IMG/VR virus record: IMGVR_UViG_3300027899_000001 | Coordinates: 186,001 to 250,000 of that record | Length of the DNA: 64,000 nt | Strand: one strand, 5' to 3' | Shown: one piece after another, positions 1 to 11,200 of the stretch | Layout: each line of letters opens with the position of its first letter | How positions within the stretch are numbered: position 1 is the first letter of the stretch | Made by a program: the position numbers and the translations under genes | Notes under the pieces: model-generated | Databases searched by the model: none | What the model was told of the DNA's origin: nothing | Seen by the model: the letters and a program-made list of their open reading frames with translations, nothing else

Positions 1-1089
1 AAGTGCTATTCTTTTTGATTGTCTTTGCCACCCTCTTTCATATACGTCAAGATACGCATGATAAAGTTTATCTGTATCTAATCCTGTTATCAATACAGAC
101 CCACTTGATTCAATTTCTCTAAAAACTAAAGAAGATGGATTTTGTTGAATATCAAAAGCAAAAGATTTATTACTTATTGATGCATCTACATGAATATTTA
201 AATCTGCTTTTATTACACCAGGATCATATCCATCTATTAATCTAGTTAAATCCCAATATATTGATACTTCAGCAGTTCCATTATTTGCATAATATAAGTA
301 TGAAGAAGTGTCTGTACTACTATATCCATCATCATAAGTAAAAACTGGATCAACTAAATGATTCATTTTCATTTCATAATTAGTTAATACAGTACCTTCT
401 AATGTATTAGCATTAAAGAGATTATTTACATCTTTTGTAACTCTTAATGAACTAACATCAAATGTTATATTAACATTTCGTGTTAACCCATTTATATCAG
501 CATTTCCTATTCTAAAAATATTATCATTAATATCTCTTACTATTGCGATAGCTCTTATATCATCACCATCTGCTGAAGAAAATAAACTAAATGCATTATA
601 TTGAAAATTTTGATCTATATTTGTAAATTCTATTCTTGTAAAATATTTAGGAATAATTCCATATATTTCAGATGGATAATTAGCATACGGTTGAGCTACA
701 GTAGTCATTACATTATCTATAATATATCTAGGATTTGTATTGCTATATCTAGAAGCACCATTAATTGCAGTTTCTCCACTATCAGTGAAATATCCTGATA
801 TGTTTATAGACATAGTAGTTTCAACATACGTGTCTCCAATTATTTCATAAATTCTTCCTTCTGAAGATATAAAAAGATCCCCATCTTGATATGTTCTTCC
901 GTTTGGTAAAGGCACATCAGCACCAGACCATATCATATAATTGCCTAATATTTTTCCTTCAATGACAGTTCTACTAGTATCTGGATCAATATCTGAAAAA
1001 TACATAGATAATCCTGTACTACCTGCAGATCCATCTGCTCCTTGTGTTCCGTATCCTGGTAATCCAGGTGCATAATTAAATTTTGCCAT
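1..1089 (-). CDS. Virion structural protein, runs off the left window edge (>=363 aa)
   Basis: Absent from the ORF track. Read by hand: ATG at 1089, MAKFNYAPGLPGYGTQGADGSAGSTGLSMYFSD..., open to base 1. Short Gly-X-Y stretch at the N-terminus; preceded by the conserved promoter motif. Confidence 0.75.
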   Translation of the reverse strand, partial: MAKFNYAPGLPGYGTQGADGSAGSTGLSMYFSDIDPDTSRTVIEGKILGNYMIWSGADVPLPNGRTYQDGDLFISSEGRIYEIIGDTYVETTMSINISGYFTDSGETAINGASRYSNTNPRYIIDNVMTTVAQPYANYPSEIYGIIPKYFTRIEFTNIDQNFQYNAFSLFSSADGDDIRAIAIVRDINDNIFRIGNADINGLTRNVNITFDVSSLRVTKDVNNLFNANTLEGTVLTNYEMKMNHLVDPVFTYDDGYSSTDTSSYLYYANNGTAEVSIYWDLTRLIDGYDPGVIKADLNIHVDASISNKSFAFDIQQNPSSLVFREIESSGSVLITGLDTDKLYHAYLDVYERGWQRQSKRIAL

Positions 1090-1094
1090 GTTGG

Positions 1095-1108
1095 TTTATT
1101 TTATATAT
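1095..1108 (-). promoter_or_regulatory. Putative late promoter motif ATATATAAAATAAA (copy 1)
   Basis: Exact 14-mer seen six times in intergenic positions just upstream of starts. Confidence 0.6.
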
Positions 1109-1109
1109 T

Positions 1110-4100
1110 TTATTTTTCAAAGAGTGTAAACTTAACATAATAAGAATAATTTAAATTCTTAGGAATTGTTATCAAATATTTCCAATCTTTATTTTCAAAA
1201 GATAATTTAGTTGTATAATTTATTTTTATATTTTCTGAAAATTGAGTATCATATGTATAATATAATAATGAAGTAGCATAACTTTTTGTATAAAGATTTA
1301 ATTTAATTTTACTAATGCTTATGTTATAATATGAAATGATAGTGTCATTAATATAAGAATTTATAATTGCGTCTGTTGCTGCTAATCCTGCCCAGTTATT
1401 TAAAAATAGTTTGTTATCTTTAAATAAATTAGATATAATTTTAGTTAAATTATAACTTAAAATATAATTATTAGTATCAGTTATAACTGAAGCTACTGTT
1501 ACATCAAAGGAATCTAAAACTAAATAATCTGGAAGTTTTATTAATTTTGATCCAAAAAATGATGGTAATTCTAAAGATGATTCATAACCATTAATTAATG
1601 TAGATTCTTGTAATGTATAATAATTTGCATCCCAAAGAGCATTAAATACATTAAATTCTTCTTTATAATCAATAGCATTGGCAGCGCTAACATCTGTTTC
1701 AGAAACTCTAGTAGTAACTTTATTGTACCATAATTGATCAATATTTTTATATGAACGTAAATTTGTATTACTTAATGTAAAATCAAGATTCAATATATCC
1801 ATTAAATCTTTGTCTTCGTTAGATTTAAAATCTAATATAGAATCAAATTTAGGTGTATACCAGCCATTATATGTTGTTAAATTATTAAATTGTCGCGGAG
1901 TATTTAATGCAAAATAAAATGGACACGTTTTAAATGTAAGATTATCATATATTACATTTTCTCTAATAATATACGCCATAATGTAATCATTTTCATTATT
2001 AAGAAAACTAGTTAATGTATTTATATTACATGTATTATTTGCATATAAATTCCAGTTATTTTGATATAAATATCCGTAATTAACTATACTATCTCCATAT
2101 GTATTTACACTTCTGCTATATGAATAATCAACAGTTTTAGAAAAAGTATTATAAGAATATGGTGCATATAATGTATCGGGATAATTTATTAATGTATTTA
2201 AATTTGTAAATGCATTAAATGTAGTATCGAAACTTTTTAGTCCATGACTTAATTGTGCATACGGTCTTATTAAACTTACATCGTATGAAATAAAATCTTT
2301 ATATTCATACATGTTAACAAGAGGTTTATTTAAAACATCTGTTCTAACTATAAATGGAGTTTTTTCAAATGTCCAATTAGGACCATTTTTCAGTGATTTC
2401 CATTGTACACCAAGAGATACGTCATCCATTATTGATTTTCCGGTACCACCTCCATATGTAGGTGAACCATAAATGCCATTAGAATATCTTTTATTATAAT
2501 TTAATACATCTGCACCCTGGTACCATATCATTAAAACAGTTTTTGTGTTTTCATTTATAATAATTTCTATGGGTTTATTACTGTGTGCATTTCTTGAAGA
2601 AGTTGATATAAATGAAAATTTATATCTATTATAATCTTTAATATTTATAGTATTTTTAGCAACATCTTTAATACTTATAGATATGCTTAATCCCATAAAT
2701 AATATATCTATTGATTGTTTATAATCATTATAGTAACATAAAACAGAACGATTTATAGTATCATCAACTTCATTATTTGAAAATATTAATTTTGAAAAAA
2801 TATCATTATAGGGTTTTTCAAATATTAAATTTTTAATAGTTTTTCTATAAGTTATACCATCTTCTACATATTCCATTACATCATTAAGATCATGAAAAAT
2901 ATAACTTTGCCATGCTCTGGTTCCAGGTGTTAAATATTTAAATACGGGATATGTTATTTCTTGAGTATAATTATTTCCACTAGGAATAAAATTAGTAGGA
3001 AGTACAGAATCAAATATATTAGAATTAAATATTAATCTAAATGGATTATTTCGACAATCTGTGCCCAATCCTACCCATTTAGAAACAGTAGGAACCGTTA
3101 AACCATATTTTAAACGTGTAGTAGAATTATAATAATCATAAATGTTTTCTTCTGAATATGCTGAACCAGTTTTATAAGATGTATAATTATATGAGCCGTC
3201 TAATAAATTATATGTAATAAGAGTATCTGTAGTAGCTGATATATATGCACTAGAATTAAATGTGTTAAATCCCAATGGAAACATACTTGTATATCCAGAA
3301 TAATTTTGAGTTACATTACCTATAGTAATATATCCCGTGCCTGAAATAAGTTGATAAGAATCTTTAATTTCAATTACATTTGCGGTATTTGCTGGAACTG
3401 TTAAAAAATAAGTACTTATATCATCTTCTCTTTTATAAAAATATTCACTCGTAAAATTAAGAGTTGAAGAATCATACACGGTATAATCTATATCTTTTAC
3501 TGGATTTACTCCCATTAAAGAAATATTATAAGTTTGAATATCATAAGAATTCCAAAATCCTGTTACTGTTTGTATTTCTTCTGCAGTTTGAATTAAATAT
3601 CTATGTTCATGATAAGGATCTTGAATATATTGATATGAATCTATAAAATTAGAAGATATATCAAAGTTAATAATTAATTTATACCAATTATCTTTTCCTT
3701 GATATAAAGTATATTGACTTAAATTATCAGCTTCACTGGCATCGAAATTATATAATAAATTACTTCCTCTATTAAATAAATCTATAAATATTGTTCTTCT
3801 ATCTCCATATAATTCAAAATTTATTGGGCCATATTGCGCATCATAAGCGATTGTTTCAAAATTAGCATCTTCTGGCGTGAATCGACCAAAAAATGTTATA
3901 TCATCAGGACGTGCAGCACTATTAAATCCTGAACTGGCATTATTCCAATCATTCAAAGTTTGCGCTGTAATTCTTTGAAATTCCCAGCTTTCTGATGAAT
4001 CTGCAACATCATTAAGAAGAATAGCTGTCCAATTGCTTGCACTTAATCCAGTTGTAAAATAATTATCATTATAGTCTTCAAATCTATGAAATGCTTCTTT

Positions 4101-5846
4101 TATTGAATCTATTTGATCTTCTATACTTCCTGTTACTAAAAAGTTTGTTTGATAAATAGTAGGATAACCTCCAGGTTCAGTATATGTAGATACATATTTT
4201 TGGCAATTTGATACATCGGCTATACCATATGCTTCCCATATTTTATTTTGAGTTCTATTTATTATACGAAGATGTTCTCCTTGATGTAAATGATTATTAA
4301 TTCTTAATGTAATAAATGGAGTATATTCTTTTTTATTAACTACATTACTAAATATATTATTATTTGGATTACTTACATAATTATTTATATACCCTTCACT
4401 TCCATTTATTTGAGAAACAGATGTAATTCGTTTAAGAGTTTTTCCATCATTTATAACAAATAATCTATTTCTATATTCTGGCGAAATATCTCCCGCATTT
4501 GTAAATACAGATGAATTAATGAATGTGCTAAGATCTCTTCCATCAAGAGAAAGAATTCTTACATTTCCCGTTGAAAAATCATTATAATATGCTACTTTAT
4601 ATAAAATATTTTCAGTTAAATATAATCCAAAATAACGATTCATAGTATATGCACTAACATCATTATCATCAAAAATATATTCAATATTTAAAAGATTAGC
4701 GCTTAATAAATTATTTCTTTCAAACCCATTAGATACAAACGCATTTAATTCTGTAAAATTATTAATAGTTTTATTAAAATAATAAGGTGTTTCTGAACGT
4801 CCTGCTAATACACCTTTATCTACAGTAATTCCATACCATGTATTCGGATCTGCATCTGCGGTAGAAATACTTGGATCAGTTAAAGATAAAAATACTGGTG
4901 CAGGAAATTTAATTAAATCATTTCTATGAGTTTCTAAATATTTTCCTAATCCAGAATCATTTTTTAAACTCCATGTTTTAATAATGTCACTATTTTCAAA
5001 ATATTTTGACGCTAAGTATGAAAGAGAATCATTATTATATGTTTCTACATTATAAATACCCGGCATTCTAAACACACAAAAATAATCGGGGAGTTTACTA
5101 TTTATCCATATAGGAGCTAATAACGCATTATCTTCTGCATATAATTCATCTTCAAATAATCTTGCTCCATAATTATATGTCGTACGATACTGATCTTTAT
5201 ATTCTGTTTTAGGAATAGTTATATCTAAAGTATTTAAAGAATCTACTCTATAAAGTTCTCCTAAAGGAAGAGCGGTAAATACATTTCTAATATCGCTTGA
5301 TAATACGCTTTCAGAAGAAACACTTTGTTTTCTATATTTTTTATTTGACAAAATATCAGATACTTTAAACGTATCTAAATATAAATTTTCACTTACATCA
5401 ACTATAAGTTTTATGTTTCCTGTGAATTTAGGATTGGTTCTTAATACTAAATATGATGTTTCATTATCAACTAAAACTTCTTTGTTTTCATATGTATTAA
5501 ATCCGCCAGCAATTATTGTAGGTCTATTGAGAATAGTAACATAATCATTATAAAGAAAACTTCCCGTTGAATCACTAATATTAAATGATATCGTTATATC
5601 AAATTCAGAGACACTTCTTGTATAAATATGAAATGCAGCGCGAGTAGCAATATCATTTATTTGTAATCCATATAAATATACATTTGTACAACAATCATAA
5701 AGATCAATTCCATTTGCATATAATACATTTCTTTCGGAAATAGAATTAACAGTTATATAGTAGTCAGAAGCATCATGAACATAAGTTAAAATGGCTTCTG
5801 GGTTTTGTGAAGATAAAATTACTGTATCGTTAAAATATTTAAACAT
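1110..5846 (-). CDS. Large virion structural protein (tail/baseplate-associated), 1578 aa
   Basis: Long N/Y/S/T/D-rich, probably beta-rich ORF in the structural operon; many D-x-S motifs; no enzymatic motif recognised. Confidence 0.6.
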   Translation of the reverse strand: MFKYFNDTVILSSQNPEAILTYVHDASDYYITVNSISERNVLYANGIDLYDCCTNVYLYGLQINDIATRAAFHIYTRSVSEFDITISFNISDSTGSFLYNDYVTILNRPTIIAGGFNTYENKEVLVDNETSYLVLRTNPKFTGNIKLIVDVSENLYLDTFKVSDILSNKKYRKQSVSSESVLSSDIRNVFTALPLGELYRVDSLNTLDITIPKTEYKDQYRTTYNYGARLFEDELYAEDNALLAPIWINSKLPDYFCVFRMPGIYNVETYNNDSLSYLASKYFENSDIIKTWSLKNDSGLGKYLETHRNDLIKFPAPVFLSLTDPSISTADADPNTWYGITVDKGVLAGRSETPYYFNKTINNFTELNAFVSNGFERNNLLSANLLNIEYIFDDNDVSAYTMNRYFGLYLTENILYKVAYYNDFSTGNVRILSLDGRDLSTFINSSVFTNAGDISPEYRNRLFVINDGKTLKRITSVSQINGSEGYINNYVSNPNNNIFSNVVNKKEYTPFITLRINNHLHQGEHLRIINRTQNKIWEAYGIADVSNCQKYVSTYTEPGGYPTIYQTNFLVTGSIEDQIDSIKEAFHRFEDYNDNYFTTGLSASNWTAILLNDVADSSESWEFQRITAQTLNDWNNASSGFNSAARPDDITFFGRFTPEDANFETIAYDAQYGPINFELYGDRRTIFIDLFNRGSNLLYNFDASEADNLSQYTLYQGKDNWYKLIINFDISSNFIDSYQYIQDPYHEHRYLIQTAEEIQTVTGFWNSYDIQTYNISLMGVNPVKDIDYTVYDSSTLNFTSEYFYKREDDISTYFLTVPANTANVIEIKDSYQLISGTGYITIGNVTQNYSGYTSMFPLGFNTFNSSAYISATTDTLITYNLLDGSYNYTSYKTGSAYSEENIYDYYNSTTRLKYGLTVPTVSKWVGLGTDCRNNPFRLIFNSNIFDSVLPTNFIPSGNNYTQEITYPVFKYLTPGTRAWQSYIFHDLNDVMEYVEDGITYRKTIKNLIFEKPYNDIFSKLIFSNNEVDDTINRSVLCYYNDYKQSIDILFMGLSISISIKDVAKNTINIKDYNRYKFSFISTSSRNAHSNKPIEIIINENTKTVLMIWYQGADVLNYNKRYSNGIYGSPTYGGGTGKSIMDDVSLGVQWKSLKNGPNWTFEKTPFIVRTDVLNKPLVNMYEYKDFISYDVSLIRPYAQLSHGLKSFDTTFNAFTNLNTLINYPDTLYAPYSYNTFSKTVDYSYSRSVNTYGDSIVNYGYLYQNNWNLYANNTCNINTLTSFLNNENDYIMAYIIRENVIYDNLTFKTCPFYFALNTPRQFNNLTTYNGWYTPKFDSILDFKSNEDKDLMDILNLDFTLSNTNLRSYKNIDQLWYNKVTTRVSETDVSAANAIDYKEEFNVFNALWDANYYTLQESTLINGYESSLELPSFFGSKLIKLPDYLVLDSFDVTVASVITDTNNYILSYNLTKIISNLFKDNKLFLNNWAGLAATDAIINSYINDTIISYYNISISKIKLNLYTKSYATSLLYYTYDTQFSENIKINYTTKLSFENKDWKYLITIPKNLNYSYYVKFTLFEK

Positions 5847-5858
5847 ATTTATATTTTA

Positions 5859-7001
5859 TTAAGTTGTTATATCTAATACAAATTGATCATATATAGAAGG
5901 ATCTGTATTAATAATAGCTTGTAATAATTGTTGTAAGGTTCCTGTAATTTGAGGATATGCTCCTGCTTGAGAAGAAAGGGGATTTGCTAAAACTTGTACA
6001 TATGTATTTGCAGCTATTGTGTCTAATTGGCTTTGTAAATCAGTAGTATTAACAGTATTAATAACTCCGTATTTATCTTTTGTTTTAAGATCAAATGCAA
6101 GATTAACAGCTTGATGTTTAAAATATGTACCTGTTCCAGAATTTGGATTAGGAACGCTATCTGCTATATGTGTAGGAACACCCGCAGCAGATAAAGTTTG
6201 ATCTAACTTAATTGTTTCTTCTTCAACAGCTGCGTCACTTAATATATTTGCAACTTGATTCGATCCTTCAAGATTTGAAGGAAATTCAATAATAATGGGA
6301 TCAGACCAAGCTGATTTAAGTGGATTTAATGGCCAGCCAGCTTCAGATATTGATCTAATTTTAAGTTGTACTTTTTCTCCTTTTTGAATAGGAATATCTA
6401 TTTGATTTATATTTACTACTTCTCCATCTGCTATATTTTCAACAACCCATGTATATGTATTTGTAGATGCATCAAAAACTTTTTGTTTAACAGCAGAAGC
6501 AACAATTGTCCAATCTGTATAAACACCTCTAACAACTTGTTGAGTACTTGGATCTGTATATTCAAATGTATTTAAAGAAATTCCAGTATTATCTAATTTT
6601 AAATAGCGATAAGCATATTCAAATTGAATAATTTGTTGAGGTGGATTTCCTTTTGGTGCAGGAATAGGAAAAAATCCTCTTACACGATATTTAGGATCTG
6701 CAACTACGGCTGAATTTTCATACGCTACAGTAGCTAAAGATCTAACTAAGGATTGATATTCAATAGTAGCTTTCGATAAACTGTTATTGTTACTATCAAT
6801 TTTACTTTGAAGTGTTGCTCTATCTGCAACATTTATTAAAGATACTAATTCAGCTTTTTGCTGTGCAATAGTATCTTTTAAACTATTAATAATAGTTTTT
6901 GTTGATTCTATTTGCGTTTGTGTATTTTTAATAGCTTCAGTATCGAGAGCCGCATTTAACTGAGTATTTATTTGTACAACTTTAAAAAAATTGCTTGCCA
7001 T
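5859..7001 (-). CDS. Structural protein with coiled coil and FN3-like segment, 380 aa
   Basis: Heptad-like N-terminal segment (IKNTQTQIESTKTIINSLKDTIAQQKAEL); VQLKIRSISEAGWP...SAWSDP resembles an FN3 C-terminal strand. Confidence 0.55.
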   Translation of the reverse strand: MASNFFKVVQINTQLNAALDTEAIKNTQTQIESTKTIINSLKDTIAQQKAELVSLINVADRATLQSKIDSNNNSLSKATIEYQSLVRSLATVAYENSAVVADPKYRVRGFFPIPAPKGNPPQQIIQFEYAYRYLKLDNTGISLNTFEYTDPSTQQVVRGVYTDWTIVASAVKQKVFDASTNTYTWVVENIADGEVVNINQIDIPIQKGEKVQLKIRSISEAGWPLNPLKSAWSDPIIIEFPSNLEGSNQVANILSDAAVEEETIKLDQTLSAAGVPTHIADSVPNPNSGTGTYFKHQAVNLAFDLKTKDKYGVINTVNTTDLQSQLDTIAANTYVQVLANPLSSQAGAYPQITGTLQQLLQAIINTDPSIYDQFVLDITT

Positions 7002-7024
7002 AATTTTATTTTTTTATTTTTTAT

Positions 7025-8194
7025 TTAACTTATCACTGGTGCATCTGGAGTTATTCCAAAATATGCTGGAATAAATTTTTCTTTTGCTTGTCCTTCCATT
7101 TGTAATCCAAAATCTGATACATATAAATTATAATAATCATCTAATGTAGTAGATCCACCATTAATTATCAAGTCATTAGAATAAAAATTTATAGAATCAC
7201 TCCAATCATCTCCTATTATATTAAAATCATCATTAACACCCTTTAAAAACACAATATTACATTCGTCAAATCCTACAGGTATATCTAACATTTTTGTAGA
7301 AAATGGTGCATTATATATTTCAAATGAATGATTTATTGTGGGATGATCCATACCAACATTAGCAACAACATGTACTCTTTTTTCATTTAAATGTATATCA
7401 TCAATTTTCCATATTGAATTTTCATAACGTAATGTATCGCCTACTGATAATTGAATATCATTGATTACGGGAGCATCTGAAGTTACACCATAATTAGTTG
7501 TATCAAGATAAAACCATTGTTTTCCTTCTATTGTTCTAATATCTGTAATTACAAAATATCCAGTATAAGGTTCTGTTGATAAAGGAAGACTTTGTATTTC
7601 TTCGTCTTCCCAATATTGTTTTCCTTGTTCATTAAGATATGTAATAGTGTCATAATATGTTCTAGTAGTTGGTATAATATGATCTAAAAACCATTGCGTT
7701 TCTCCATCATCATAATTATCAAAAATCACTCTTTTAACTACTACTCTATCGGATCTATCATCAATTTTTCCTTTAAGATCAAAAGAAACTACAAGTTGTG
7801 GAAACATAATAGATTCAAAAAACCAATTACTTCGTGTTTTAAATTTTGTGGGCGCTAAAACATTTGTAATTTTAGATGGAGATATAGCTACTGGTATTGT
7901 TGTAACTTCTCTATAAGTACCATCATTAAGTAAAATTTTTCCTTCTCCTTTAACAAATGTATCCATTGTTTGCCCCAGCGCATTAACTTTATTAATTACA
8001 TTATTATATGAAGGTAATGAATAAGTAAATGTCGAAACATCTCCAGATATTGGGTCTGGTTGTTCAATTGTTAATGTTACACTATCAGATTGTGTAGTTA
8101 TGCTATCATTAAGTTTTACAACTGATTCCAACGCAATATTAACTTGCTCAACTAATTGATTTACAGTTTCAGTAAATGAATTTACATTTCCCAT
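7025..8194 (-). CDS. Structural protein, 389 aa (possibly N-terminal half of a split gene with 5859..7001)
   Basis: ORF track; operon context. Confidence 0.5.
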   Translation of the reverse strand: MGNVNSFTETVNQLVEQVNIALESVVKLNDSITTQSDSVTLTIEQPDPISGDVSTFTYSLPSYNNVINKVNALGQTMDTFVKGEGKILLNDGTYREVTTIPVAISPSKITNVLAPTKFKTRSNWFFESIMFPQLVVSFDLKGKIDDRSDRVVVKRVIFDNYDDGETQWFLDHIIPTTRTYYDTITYLNEQGKQYWEDEEIQSLPLSTEPYTGYFVITDIRTIEGKQWFYLDTTNYGVTSDAPVINDIQLSVGDTLRYENSIWKIDDIHLNEKRVHVVANVGMDHPTINHSFEIYNAPFSTKMLDIPVGFDECNIVFLKGVNDDFNIIGDDWSDSINFYSNDLIINGGSTTLDDYYNLYVSDFGLQMEGQAKEKFIPAYFGITPDAPVIS

Positions 8195-8223
8195 TTTTTA
8201 ATTATTATTTTTTTATTATATTA

Positions 8224-11200
8224 TTAAATTCCAGCATATGCAACTATATTTGATCTAATTAACATATTACCAGAAGAATCAAGATACATTAATTTTAATC
8301 CAGTTGTAGCTGATCTAAATACTAAACCAGATGTACCAGATGGTTCTAATGTAAATGATCCAATTCTTACTCTGTTAACACTAATATCACCTTGAACAAA
8401 TAAAGAACTATTAATTGTTAAATTACCTGTAAGAGTTCCTCCTGTAAGATTTAATTTAGTTGTAGATAAATTTGATATAGAAGTATCTCTAAATCCTAAT
8501 GATCCATCAGTATACGCTTTAGTTACATCTGGTGATGCTATACTTGGTTCAAGAATTCCTGCTACCCATTTAAATTTACTTGTATTCAAAGATGCATTTG
8601 GAATGTAAGTGGCTCTTACTGTAGCCAATGAAGCATCAGTAGTATTAACTCTAATTGTTAATGTTGATGTTGATGTATCATTGGTGCTAATTTTTAATGA
8701 TAATGTTGCAATAGAAACATCTCTTGTTAATAAAGAACTATCAACATAGGCTTTAGATACTCCTCCTGCAACTGTACTAACATCTACAATAACTTGATTT
8801 CCTACCCATGCAAATCCTGAGCCTAAAGAAGAGTTTGCAAGATAAGTAGCTTTTACTAAAACAATTGATGCATCAGATGATACGCTCTTTTTTGATAAAT
8901 TTGATATAGAAGTATCTCTTATAGATAAAGAACTATCTACATATAACTTACGATGATATAAAATATCTGCATTAGTAGTATCATTTAATGATGCTTCAAT
9001 TGCTGCTATACGAATATCTCTAACTAATAAAGAACCATCTACATATACTTTAGTAACATCTCCTGTTCCTCCACCTGCTCCAGCACTTGCATTTAAATAT
9101 CCACCACTCCAATAAAAACCTGTTCCTAAAGAAGTGTTTGGAATATATATGCCTTTTATGTATATTATAGAAGCATCTGTAGAGTTAAGTTTAACCGTAA
9201 GTGTTCCTACTGAAACTTCTGTAGTATTATGTCTTAAAGTTAAAGTATATAATGAAGCATCAGCAGTATTTAATTTTGTTGTTAATGTTCCTATTGAAGA
9301 ATCTTGTACTATACCTCTAGTATTTAAATAAGAAATTGATGTATCAAGTATAGATACTCTTGTTTGTACAAATTGATTAGTAGCAATTTGTGTACTTGCA
9401 TCATAAGGATTTGCATTTGTTACAGATCTTGGCGTTCCAGTTAATTGTGGATCTAATAAATTAGCTTTAGTTGATGCTAATGATGCTATAGTTATATCTC
9501 TTACTAATAATGAAGCATCTACATAAAGTTTAACATTTGCTATAGACACGTCTCTTAATGATAACGAACCATCTACATATACTTTAGTTGTTCCGCTACC
9601 TGAAATACTTGGTTCAAGATAACCGCCGACCCATGTAAAATAACTAACATTTAAAGAAGCATTTGGAATATAAGTAGCCTTTATTAAAACAATTGAAGCA
9701 TCTCGTATTGATAAACTTCCATCTGTATAAGGTTTCCAGTATTTAGTGCTTGCGTCAAGTTTATTTATTGAAACTTCTGATGCAGCAATAAGAGCATCTC
9801 TTGAAGCTAAAGATCCATCAACATATCCTATTGTAACTCCTCCTGCTGGTAAACTAACGTCTACATACCAAGTATTGTTTCCTGTATTCCATGAAAATCC
9901 TGCTCCTATTGAAGCACTGGGAACGTAAGTGGCTTTTATTAAAATAATTGATGCATCTGTATTATTAGCTCTTGCTGTAAGAGTTCCAACTGAAGTTTCT
10001 GTGATAACTCTTCGCGTATTTATGTATACCATAGATACATCTCTTACTAATAATGAACTATCAACGTAAGCTTTAGTTACGCCACCACTTAAACTACTTG
10101 GTTCAAGATAACCTCCAACCCATTTAAAATAACTAACATTTAAAGAAGCATTAGGAATGTAAGTAGCTTTTATCAAAGAAATAGAAGCATCTCGTATTAA
10201 TAAACTTGCGTCAACATAAGAAAATGTAGCATAAGAACTTCCGCCACTTCCACCAGCACATGCATCTAAATATCCATTATTCCATAATAAACCTACACCT
10301 AATGAAGCACTAGGTATGTAAGCAGCTTTTATATAATTATCTTGTGCATCAACATATGCTTTAGATACATCACCGCCACTTCCAGCACCAGTATAGCCTG
10401 CATTAAATACAACAGGCACTTCAAATGAAATTGAACCATCTCCAATAGTTAAATATGGAGTAATTGATCCTGAATAAAATGTTATTCCTCTATCATTAGT
10501 TTTACTACCAAATTGTAAAGGAGAACCGTATTCTAAAAGAACATTTCCACTAGTGTCTCTTATTGCATTTTCAAGTATAAGATCTTTAATTTTAACACTT
10601 ACATCAAATTGAGCAGGATATAAAGGATTATTTGTAAAAAATCCAAGATTTCCATATTTCATATAAATAGAACAGTCAACAAGCGTTTTTCCATTGTTAG
10701 AAAACATAGGAATAGCATTCGGTGTTCCAGATATTCCTAATGTACCGGTGTTTATTTGATATTGTAAATCAGATATTTGATTTTCAATTTCTGTTTGATT
10801 TGCTGTAATATCAAGATATTGTTCTGTAATATAACTAATTGTTCCTGTTTGTTGATTTAATATTACAAGAGTTTTATTTAAACTATCAAATACCTGAGAA
10901 AAATCTGTAAGTATTTCTTGTGATGATGTTGTATCAGTTACAATAGCCTGCGTATCATCTAACATATAATCAGACTTAATATTGAGTCTAAATGAATACG
11001 ATGTTCCAAATCCTGAAGGTCCACTTTGAAGTTTTGTTATTGATGGAAGTGTAATTTCATTTAATGGATAATTTTGTGTATTTCCACTTGGCGGATCTAA
11101 AAATAAAACTCCTAATAAATTAGTTGCTAATACTGTATCTAATGCTTTATTATAAACTGAATAATAAATCATGATTGCGTTAAAATCAAACGCATCATCT

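Noticed and set aside
601-798. 65-aa plus-strand ORF and other short ORFs antisense or internal to long genes
   Set aside because: They overlap longer, better supported genes (here 1..1089 minus) and show no motifs
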